Source of the DNA: Octopus vulgaris
Lineage: Eukaryota
Assembly (NCBI GenBank): GCA_951406725.2
Contig: OX597830.1
Location: forward strand, 64,232,001-64,296,000
Length of the DNA: 64,000 bases
Direction of reading: 5' to 3'
Of the stretch, positions 53,556-64,000 are shown one piece after another. The notes beneath the pieces were generated by a model. That model had not been told where the DNA came from. It searched no databases and saw nothing but the letters and a program-made list of their open reading frames with translations. The translations under genes and the position numbers were made by a program. The first letter of the stretch is position 1; every line of letters begins with the position of its first letter.

Positions 53556-54043
53556 TATATGGGTTGTTATAGAAATTCGTTAGTTTTTATTTTTTTTACT
53601 ACTTGACGCTCCAACATCGTATGTTGGAATAGAGGTAAAATTCATTCAAATTTCGAAAACGATGAACCATAGTTGTAGAGGAAGAATAGAGCTATCCATC
53701 CCCATAAAAATATTTTTCATGTCAATTCAAATAACGTTGGAGATTATTAAAATAAAAAAAATAGTAAAAAGCGAAAGAATTTGTCTGACAACAAATTGAA
53801 TTGCATCTCGAAACATTGGCAGCCTTTTAACAATCATTTCAAAAATATCCTCGCTTTCAGATTGGTAATTTGCTTATCAGAGCGAATAATACCATAATAT
53901 TCCCTGGAGAATAACGGTGATTCCATACAACCAGTTTATAATAGAATTATAGTTCAAAGAAATATTGTTTTCTTTCGAAGCAAACAAAATCCTTGTTCGT
54001 TAAGCCCTGGTCAGTGTCTGATTAAGTACCTTTAATAATATAG

Positions 54044-54426
54044 GAGCATTCCGTCGGTTGCGACGATGAGGGTCCCAACTGATACGATCAATGGAACAGC
54101 TTGCTCGTGATATTAACGTGCAAGTGGCTGAGCACTCCACAGACACGTATACCCTTAATGTAGTTTTCGAGGATATTCAGCGTGACACACAGAATGTGAC
54201 AAGGCTGGCCCTTTGAAATACAGGTACAAGAGAAACAGGAAGAAAGAGCGAGAGAAAGTTGTGGTGAAAGAGTACAGCAGGGTTCACCACCACCCCCTGC
54301 CGGAGTCTCGTGGAGCTTTAGGTGTTTTCGCTCAATAAACACTCACAATGCCCGGTCTGGGAATCGAAACCGTGATCCTTCGACCGCGAGTCCGCTGCCC
54401 TAACCACTAGGCCATTGCGCCTCCAC
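54044..54426 (-). mobile_element. Full-length family-C SINE
   Basis: Colinear with 24443-24831. TSD AGTACCTTTAATA. Confidence 0.9.
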
Positions 54427-54804
54427 TCAGTACCTTTAATATTTTACTGCTTTCACTCTCATGAAGTGTGGTAGAATGTCTTTAGGTTTATCGCTAGCTC
54501 ATCCCCGATCAACCTTGCCTATGGTTATATTTTTCCAAGCTGCGACCGTCCGGATTTTGTCTATAAGTTTAAAAGACGGCGTTGCACATGGAACCTTTTT
54601 CTATCTTAGACGATAGTGAGCGATTTGAGGGAGATTTAGCTGATGCTCCTAGCAGGTTAAGCGACTGCACAGAGGCGTCGTTGTAGATAGAATTATCTAC
54701 CTTACTCTCTCTCTCCCTCTCACTTTCTCTTACATTCTCTCTCTCTCTCATATACAACGCATAATAATTCTATTTCATATAGATGATATTATTAAAAGAG
54801 GTCT

Positions 54805-55445
54805 AAAGGCGGCGAGCAAGAAGTATCGTTGGCACGCTAGACAAAGCGCTTAGTGGTATTTCATACATCCTTAAATTCCGAGTTCAAATTCCACCGAAGT
54901 CGACTTTGCATTTCATCCTTTCAAGAGCGATGAAGCAAGTACCAGTTACGCACTGGGGTCGATGTAATCGACAAGACTCCTCCCCTAAAATTTCAGACGT
55001 TGTGTCTATAGTAGAAAAGATTATACATGCGACTTCATTAACCTTGCATACGTTAATCATTACATTATATTGGATAGAAGGAAGATGTGTGTGTGTGTGT
55101 GGGGGGGGGGGGAATCAGCTGATGAAGAAGGTGAAAACTGTAGGTTGTGGTTCCAACATATATTAAATATTGGTTTCAAGTTTTAGCACAAGGCCATCAA
55201 TTTCGGGTACTTATTTTATAGACTTAGAAAGGATGAAAGGCAAAGTCGACCTCGGCGGAATTTTGAACTTAGAACGTAAAGACGGACGAAATGCCGCTAA
55301 GCATTTTGTCCGGTGCGCTAACGATTCGGCCAGCTCGCTGCCCTACATATACATATTATACATTGGCTTCAAATTTTGGCACATGGCCATCGATTACATC
55401 GATCCCAGTACTCAACCGGTACTTATTTTATCGATCTCGAAACAC
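54805..55445. mobile_element. Family-A SINE copies (plus 54805-55022; minus 55170-55445)
   Basis: Homology to family A. Confidence 0.75.
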
Positions 55446-55742
55446 ATATATTAAAAATATTGTTGTCGTAGATCACAATTTATAAAGGGACATAACTGGG
55501 AGAGAACAGCAAAACGACAGCCAGATGGCCTTGCAGTCTTTATTTATTCATTTATTTATCTATTTGTTTGTGTATTTATTTGTACTCTCTGACATCAGAC
55601 TTTGCCAAAGTTAAGTTTGCTTTTAATCCTCCAGGGCTCTATTAAATACAGTTCCAGCCTAGTGGAAAGCCGGAAGAAATAGGAAATAGTGCAAAGCATT
55701 TTATCTGCTGCACTAACGGCCCCTTTGCCACTTGGCCGCATT

Positions 55743-55920
<178 letters not shown>

Positions 55921-55958
55921 CACACACATATATACATACATATATACACATACATATA

Positions 55959-56002
<44 letters not shown>

Positions 56003-56095
56003 CATATATACATACATATATATATATATACATACATACATATATATATACATACATAAAAACACACACACCCATATATACGTATATATATATGT

Positions 56096-56165
<70 letters not shown>

Positions 56166-56269
56166 GTTGTATCTTTTGTGTACGATTAAATGTACGACTG
56201 TTTCTCTTGAGTTTAGAGCACCACATAGATTATCGTCGACCTCTTTGCTCTCATTATAATAGTTAAGCA

Positions 56270-56485
56270 AAAGGCGGCGAGCTGGCAGAATCATTAGCAC
56301 ACAAGGCGAAACGCTTAGCGGCAATTCGTCCGTCTTTACGTTCTGAGTTCAAATTCGCCGAGGTCGACTTTACCGTTTATCTTTTCGGGGTCGATGAAAT
56401 AAGTACCAGTTACGCACTGGAGTCGATGTAATGGACTTATCCCTTCTCCCAAAATGTCAGGACTTGTTCCTATAGTGGAAACAAT
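56270..56485 (+). mobile_element. Family-A SINE
   Basis: Homology to family A. Confidence 0.85.
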
Positions 56486-56672
56486 TATAATAGTTAGGCA
56501 ACTACCATATTTAGTAATTGCTTAGGAGAAATTACGATAAAACATGCTCGTTCCGGCCTGTTCAGGCTCGTTCAAGCTCATTTAGGCTCAGGGACTTCTG
56601 AGCTTGAACGGGCTAGGTTTCTGTATGAAGCCTGTGAAACTTTAAGTCGCAGGGAACCGAATCAAACTATTT

Positions 56673-56732
<60 letters not shown>

Positions 56733-57275
56733 TGTATATATATATAATGACATATACACACACATATATATAATAAAGAATTATATAAATTATACATACC
56801 TCATATATTATGAATATTTGATAATAAAATTGCAAATATAAAAAATGCAAAAATACAAATAGAAATTATCATCATAGAAATATATAAGACTAACAAAAAA
56901 TACTATGCGAAAACCGAAATAAATATATGAAAAAGACAAACTTGAAAGATAATCAAAAGGAAATGAAGAAAAAGAAGAAAAGAACTTGAAAGAAAACAAG
57001 ATGGAGGTGGGCAGGGTAGATTCTTCTATCTCTAGCTTGCATTTCTGATATCGTGCCATCTGTTTAGTTGTAAATTCTAGACGTTTCATCGCCCTAGTTT
57101 GATGGATGAGTATATTGCCCTGATATATTTTATAGTTCCTGCTCTGCTAATCTTTGATATAATTTGTAATGTTTATTTGTTTAAACTAGGTTATATGTTG
57201 ATGTGTTTAATTAAATAACAAAACTAAAGAGATGTGCTACTCAATATGGAATTTTAAACTTAATTTACTGTATAC

Positions 57276-57331
<56 letters not shown>

Positions 57332-57454
57332 ATATATGTATATATGTATATATATATATGTATATATATATGTATATATATATATATGTATGTATATAGA
57401 TATACATATATACATATGTATATGTATATATGTATATATATGTATATATTCGTT

Positions 57455-57512
57455 TGACTTCGATGTGATTCGAACACGCAGCCTTCTGATCTGGAGTCAG
57501 ACGCCCTACCTT
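57455..57512 (-). pseudogene. 5'-truncated tRNA-Trp(CCA) copy
   Basis: GGTAGGGCGTCTGACTCCAGATCAGAAGGCTGCGTGTTCGAATCACATCGAAGTCA closely matches the 3' part of animal tRNA-Trp. The acceptor 5' strand and A box are replaced. Confidence 0.85.
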
Positions 57513-57947
57513 TATGGCTGCGGTATATTCACTGCGTACGTTTAATTGACTTTGTGTTGTTTTTTTCTCCTGTTTTTCATTTTTGATTTGCCTATTCGTC
57601 AATACCCATACAAGCATACATACATAGACACACATAACTATGTGTGTGTATATAGACATACGTACTCACATGCGCGTGCGTACGCTCACCCCCCACACAT
57701 ATATCCCAAAACATGTATATGTGAGTGAGCGAGAATGTCTGCGAAAATTTAGGATTTGTAAACACAAACAGTCTCGAAAAACACTTCTCAACATATATAC
57801 TTTATTTCTTCTAATGGCCTTGCAGTCTGAAAGGTCGTCACCCTTTAAACATTTCCGCAAAGAATTCGCTAAATTATTATATAAGAACCCCTAAATTACA
57901 TTATTAATTTAATCGATTGTTAAGATCATTATAGCGTTGAGCGCAGT

Positions 57948-58162
57948 TATTTCTTTACTACCCACAAGGGGCTAAACATAGAGAGGACAAACAAGAACAG
58001 ACAAACGGATTAAGTCGGTTATATCGACCCCAGTGCGTAACTGGTACTTAATTTATCGACCCCGAAATTTATCGACGGCGAAATTTGAACTCAGAACGTA
58101 ATGCCAGACGAAATACGGCTACGCTTTGCGCCCGGCGTGCTAACGTTTCTGCCAGCTCGCCG
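57948..58162 (-). mobile_element. Family-A SINE with internal deletion
   Basis: Homology to family A. Confidence 0.85.
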
Positions 58163-58304
58163 CGTTGAGCACAGTGCATTACGAAACCTTTTTGTCATAC
58201 TTCGTTCTGAGTTTAAATGCCGTCGATGTCGACTATACCCTTCAGCTTTTACTAGGTCGATGAGTAAAGATACGCCTCCTTTGTTTCCCCTCGAACATTT
58301 CGCT

Positions 58305-58715
58305 GGGTACCTCAAGATCACTCAGAGGTTCAATTCGTTCCAGCAATGGCGTCGAAGCAGAATGCTCAAGATCACGTATATGGACAGAATCATAAATATT
58401 GAAGCCTTGAGAAGAGGCAATGTGCACAGCTTACAGGAAAATATAGCGGAAAGAAGTGTCGTACATGCAGGTCAGATTATCTGATTATTTGAAGAAGGGA
58501 TACCCAAGACAATGGGTACCACCAGAGGGACGGAAAAACTGAGGGAGCTCCAAGAAGACCTGACACATCACCTTCAAAGAAGTTCTGAAGCAAGTTAGCA
58601 TATACTGAGAAAAGGCAGTCGACTATGTTCAGTTCTGGGATGATTAGAAAACGTGTTGCTGCCCGATTTACAGGTCAACTGCACAAGAAGAACTAAGACT
58701 AAGGTTAATATTCTG
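58305..58715 (+). pseudogene. Decayed RTE-clade LINE ORF C-terminal fragment
   Basis: QRFNSFQQWRRSRMLKITYMDRIINIEALRRGNVHSL...HAGQII resembles the RTE motif L..F...CLR.IL.I.W.D.I.N.EVL.RA...S. Confidence 0.7.
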
Positions 58716-59215
58716 CTGGGCGGATGCTGGGAGAGCCAAGAGGGCGTTTATGTCTGCATGCGGCTATACAGGCACCTATTTATTAATTTGTCTGTTGCTG
58801 TCGACGATGACCAAGGAGATTACAATGGAGAAGAAGACAGGAGGTGGTATGTCCAGCTGTGGTGAGGACCGAATGACATGGAAGCTGTAGTCACAAACCT
58901 AAACACAGGGGTTCCAGGACATAGAGTTACTCCCCACTAACGGAAGCAGTAATGGAGATTGGCTGTCCCCTGACTGTCTGAGTAGCCCTCATTTTGTAGT
59001 AGAAAAAAAAACCCAGACAAAAACATTAGCGACATCGATCACCGCTGACACATGGAATGTGCGAACGCTCATGGACATCTCCAAAGTAAATAGACCTGAG
59101 AAACAACAAACTGAATTGCATCTCAAAACATTGGCAGCCTTTTAACAATCATTTCAAATATATTCTCGCTTTCAGATTGTCGCAAGAGAATTCGGTAGGC
59201 GCAACATCCACAGGC
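58716..59215 (+). mobile_element. RTE LINE 5' UTR and start of the APE endonuclease
   Basis: ITADTWNVRTLMDISKVNRPE...IVAREFGRRNI matches the RTE N-terminal TWNVRTL...RPERRTALVAREL motif. Interrupted by a 77-bp insert. Confidence 0.75.
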
Positions 59216-59301
59216 ACCTAAAACAATTAACGAAAACATAACCCATGTTACCAAGTCGTATTCGATCGCGAGTGACGGCTGACTTTAATATACTGTACTC
59301 T

Positions 59302-59718
59302 AGGGCGGCGAGCTGGCAGAATTGTTAGCACGCCGGGCGAATTGCTTAGCGGTATTTCGTCTGCCGTTACGTTCTGAGTTCAAATTACACCGAGGTCGAC
59401 TTTGCTTTTCATCCTTTCAGGTTCGATTAAATAAATACCAGTTACACACTGGGGTCGATATAATCGACTTAATCCGTTTGTCTGTCCTTGTTTGTCCCTT
59501 CTGTGTTTAGCCCCTTGTGGGTGGTAAAGAAATAGGTATTTCGTCTGCCGTTACGTTCTGAGTTCAAATTCCGCCGAGGTCGACTTTGCCTTTCATACTT
59601 TCGGTATCGATTAAATAAGTACCAGTTACGCACTGAGGTCGATGTAATCGACTTAATCCTTTTGTCTGTCCTTGTTTGTCCCCTCTATGTTTAGCCCCCT
59701 GTGGGCAATAAAGAAATA
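59302..59718 (+). mobile_element. Family-A SINE dimer
   Basis: TSD ATATACTGTACTCT flanks the whole dimer. Confidence 0.92.
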
Positions 59719-60429
59719 TATATATACTGTACTCTTAATACCCATTTCTTTATTTTCTTTCACTAAGAATGTCATAATTTACATGTGGTTGCACAAAGAG
59801 GAAATATACGAATATAATTAGTTTGTTCTGAAGAAAGAATTTCCTGTGTGTTTTCACAGCAAAGAAATCGTTTAAGAATGTTTTGAGTAATTAGATCAAT
59901 ATGTTGTGTATATTTTAACATCTATTTTTGTACCAACGAACAGATAAGTAATACCACCTGCTCGTATTCTCTCCTATTCATTCTGCTGTGTTTTAATGTT
60001 TGTTAAGTGAACACTGGCATCGATGCAGTTAATGCTTGGAGGCCGAAAAAGCTATGAAATTTTTGAAGTGTCAAAATATATTTCAATGTTTTCATTGAGC
60101 AGCGAAGGTACATGGTTTCAAACTAAGTGGCTAGGTAAATGTTCTTTTCTAATATAAGCACGAGGCCTGAAATTTTGAGGGAAGGAATAAGTCGATTACA
60201 TAGCCCCTAGTGTGTAACTGGTACTTATTTCATCGATCCCGAAAGGATGAAAGGCAAAGTCGACCTCAGAGGTGGTTAGGTAAGTTTTAAGACTTGTAAG
60301 GGACATGGTATTTCGTTATGCATCCAAAACACACTAAAGTATACTAAGCATTTTTATAAGTCAATACTCAATGTTTTGCTGTGTTAGTTCTATAATTCCT
60401 ATAGAATATCAGTAGATACAACCTTAATA

Positions 60430-60680
60430 ACTGATTAGGGTTTTTACACTCATGACCCTTAGATTGTGGTTTCGATTCCCTGACCTGACATCGAATTGTG
60501 TTCTTGAGCAAAACATTTAATTTCCCGTTGTTCCAGTCCAACTGCTGTAAAATGAGTTCCATTAATAGCTGGGTGATTAACCCTGTGATGGATAAGCGCC
60601 CCGTTCAGAAGAAGTGGGGAGTATTGTGATTTTAGTCACTAAACTTCATGCAAACCGTGTTAAACTCCGGCCTTAAAACA
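60430..60680 (+). mobile_element. Degenerate family-D SINE
   Basis: GGTTTCGATTCC B box, GTGTTCTTGAGCAAAACA core, AACCCTGTGATGGA tail. Confidence 0.6.
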
Positions 60681-60914
60681 GACCCTAATGTAACACGTGA
60701 CAACACTGGCTCTTTCGGTTATAAAAGCTGGCTTAAGCTCCGCCTTTATGGGCTCTAGGGGTCATAAAAGATCTAAGTTTAAATAACTTGTTGAAATCAC
60801 CAACAAAACAGATTTCATGGCTGTCTGATTATTTTTATAACTCCTTACAAAATATCCCGTGTCTCTTAACTTTTTACTTTAAATTTTACCTGACATATTT
60901 AAAGATATTTGTGT

Positions 60915-61381
<467 letters not shown>

Positions 61382-61382
<1 letters not shown>

Positions 61383-62062
61383 TCAGGAAAACCCTCATCC
61401 TATTTTGCTGGGTATGATGGGAAGCGCCAGCTGCCCACAGCCAGCAGACTAAGGTGACACCTGTTTACTGATCATGCTTTAAGAATCCTGCTGAGATCTC
61501 TCGCAGTTCCAAACGATGATAATTTTGTAGGTATTCTATCCTTACATTTCCACGAATCTTTTTTGAGCCACGTTGGTAGTTGAGTGCTAATTCTTCCAAA
61601 AGCATGCCAATCACTATTAGTATCACGTCTACCTGCATATTTCCCACTTCAGTTCATCATAGTCGTAGAGTTTTTCTTCTTCCTCGTCGATTCGAGAAAT
61701 GTCACTGGGAAATGCTATGTCGATTATTAGGCATGTGTTTTCCTTTCTGTTCACCTCAACGGTGTCAGGTTTCCGATGTCTAATCTGATGATCACACTGA
61801 ATCATTGCATCCCACAGGATTTTACAATCTTCATTCACGGTAGCTCTTTCTGCGATTTGGTCATAATACGTCTTCGATCTTTCTAGGCTATAATTTCCAG
61901 AGGGCTCCCACATGCTCATGTCATCTTTTGCATTCATGTCGTACCAATTTCGGGCATTCACTAACAATGTGCCACACACGTTTCACATCTCTCACAACAT
62001 ATACTGCATTTGTCGCTCTCAGCTATGTTATCAATTCTGCATCTCACATAGTTCGCGGAAGA
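61382..62062 (-). mobile_element. R4/Dong-clade non-LTR retrotransposon 3' fragment (CCHC plus restriction-like endonuclease)
   Basis: DKCSICCERCET..HIVSECPKL, KILWDAMIQCDHQIRHRKPDTV..NRKENTCLIIDIAFP and VDVILIVIGML. The 3' end runs into (TAA)n. Confidence 0.85.
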
Positions 62063-62215
62063 AGAACAATTTCACTATTGGCAAGTAAGGGTTGTTTATC
62101 GTGTAAATTGCCCGTGGGCCTCCCACAGTTGAGGTGACCGCTAATAACCCAGAATTAGCGGTCAATGGTTCGAAATTCGTTGACATAGCGTTTCTTTGAA
62201 GGATACAAATAATTA

Positions 62216-62515
62216 CATTATTTGCATTATTTACATTTGATGGATATTTGTCTTCATCTTGTTTGTTGTTAGCACAACATTTCGGCTGACATAAATTCCA
62301 GCCTTCATCAGGTGTCTTGGGGAAATTTCGAACCTGAGTTCTCATTTTTCGATGTTATTATTATTATTATTATTATCATTATTATTATTATTATTCCGGT
62401 CACTGCCTGGAATCGAACTCGGAATCTTGGGATTAGTAGCCCGCGCTCTTAACCACTGCGCCATATGCCCATGTAAATAATGTACATAATTCCTCATCTC
62501 TTAAATATAGAACTG
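62216..62515 (-). mobile_element. tRNA-headed, hammerhead-containing non-autonomous retroelement with inverted tail
   Basis: tRNA-like head 62398-62470, (AAT)n, HHR 62273-62314, inverted end copy plus tail 62471-62515. 12-bp TSD TACAAATAATTA. Confidence 0.75.
62273..62314 (-). ncRNA. Minimal type-I hammerhead motif with canonical core
   Basis: CAC CTGATGA A GGCTG-gaatttatgt-CAGCC GAAAT GTT GTG. Confidence 0.7.
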
Positions 62516-62743
62516 TACAAATAATTAGATTGGTTTTCCTGTTGAGGAATGCTGCAGAGTTTTGCAGTATATGGAGTTTCTCAAGGAGGCAGAGTTCGGA
62601 ATTAAGGGATCTTAATTAAGGGATCTTAATGTGTGTTTGTGTGCATGTGTGCACGTGTGCGTGTGTACGTGTGCGTGTGTACGTGTGCGTGTATGCATGT
62701 GTGTTTATATGTATTTGATGGATCATTTTATATACACTTTGTT

Positions 62744-63044
62744 CTTTTTACTCTTTTACTTGTTTCAGTCATTCGACTGCGGCCATGCTGGAATACTGCC
62801 TTCAGTCGAACAAATCGACCCCAGGACTTATTCTTCGTAAGCCTAGTACTTATGCTATCGGTCTCTTTTGCCGAACCGTTAAGTTACGAGAACGTAAACA
62901 CACCAACATCGGTTGTCATGCGATGGAGGGGGTACAAATACGGATATTCACATACAAATTTACACACACACACACACACGTATATATATATATATATATA
63001 TGACAGACTTTTTTCAGTTATATATATATTTATATGACGGGCTT

Positions 63045-63047
<3 letters not shown>
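62744..63047 (-). mobile_element. Partial family-B SINE
   Basis: Homology to family B. Confidence 0.8.
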
Positions 63048-63112
<65 letters not shown>

Positions 63113-63157
63113 TGTATGTATATATATATATGTATGTATACACACACATATGATATT

Positions 63158-63381
63158 TCTGGCAGAAACGTTAGCACGCCGGGCGAAATGCGTAGCCGTA
63201 TTTCGTCTGCCGCTACGTTCTGAGTTCAAATTCCGCCGAGGTTGACTTTGCCTTTCATCCTTTCGGGGCCGATAAATTAAGTACCAGTTATGCACTGGGG
63301 TCGATATAATCGACTTAATCCGTTTGCCTGTCCTTGTTAGTCCTCTCTGTGTTTAGCCCCTTGTGGGTAGTAAAGAAATAG
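63158..63381 (+). mobile_element. Family-A SINE, slightly 5'-truncated
   Basis: Homology to family A. Confidence 0.9.
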
Positions 63382-63734
63382 ATATTTCTTTATGTTATTG
63401 TTATGACTGATGGTGGTGGCGGTGGTAGCGGTTGGCGATTCGTGGATTTGTCCTTTTCTTCTGCAATTTTCTCACCGCTTGCAAAAATACTGAAAGATAA
63501 AGCAAAGCGACAGGATGGGACAACGTGGAGAGATATAGAAAGAAAATTACATATAGAAAAAGAGAGAGAGAGATAGAGAGAGAAAGGGGAGAAAGACAGG
63601 AGAGAGAGAGATGAAAGAGAAGAGAGAAAAAGAGAGGAAGACAAAAAAAATAAGAATGAATGAATGAAGAGAATAAAGTGAGAAGTCGTGAGAGTAGTTA
63701 GAGGAAAGAAAGATGCGCGTCGAGAAAACAAGGG

Positions 63735-63858
63735 ATTGGATGCTACGGCGGCAAGATGGCGTGTGATAATTACGACTTCGCCTTTCTGCTACAAATAAGT
63801 ATATGAAGTAAAGATAGAGGAGGAAAGGGGGGCAGATACATCATACAGCGCCATATTG
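63735..63858. promoter_or_regulatory. Candidate promoter-like motifs
   Basis: Reverse CCAAT, CAAGATGGCG and CGCCATATTG (two YY1-like sites facing each other) in locally CpG-rich sequence. Confidence 0.25.
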
Positions 63859-64000
63859 TGCGTGTAGTATGGCGTAGTTGTTAGAGTGGTTCTTGTACGT
63901 TGTAAGGTAGTGTGTTGTAATGGACGATTAGGGGTGTTTATGGTGTTGTGATAGGAATAATAGCAGACCGAGCAATGATTGTTTATGTTAGCGAACAGAA

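Noticed and set aside
62398-62470. Functional tRNA gene with ACT anticodon
   Set aside because: The acceptor and anticodon stems pair poorly, so it is treated as a SINE-type head.

Overview
This is eukaryotic, AT-rich DNA saturated with microsatellites and transposons. I found no host protein-coding gene that I can support, and nearly all long ORFs in the track are translated microsatellites or SINE read-throughs. The SINE families and repeat density suggest an octopus/cephalopod intron or intergenic region (inference). The window holds dozens of copies of four tRNA-derived SINE families and several non-autonomous Helitrons, one of which looks like a 1.8-kb composite capture. It also holds a DD36E Tc1-like transposon, mariner and hAT remnants, and CR1, Tx1, RTE and R4/Dong LINE fragments. 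A decayed Penelope-like element (PLE) ORF and about 12 minimal type-I hammerhead ribozyme (HHR) motifs are present, mostly in PLE-type fold-back insertions at (TA)n. The three most notable signals are: (1) a TSD-flanked tRNA-headed element carrying an HHR with PLE-style inverted tail geometry, a candidate PLE-mobilised SINE; (2) HHR cores showing all four Watson-Crick combinations at the tertiary 3-8 pair; (3) a perfect 220-bp fold-back whose spacer is an inverted copy of nearby flanking DNA. All alignments and folds were done by eye, and coordinates of degenerate elements are approximate.
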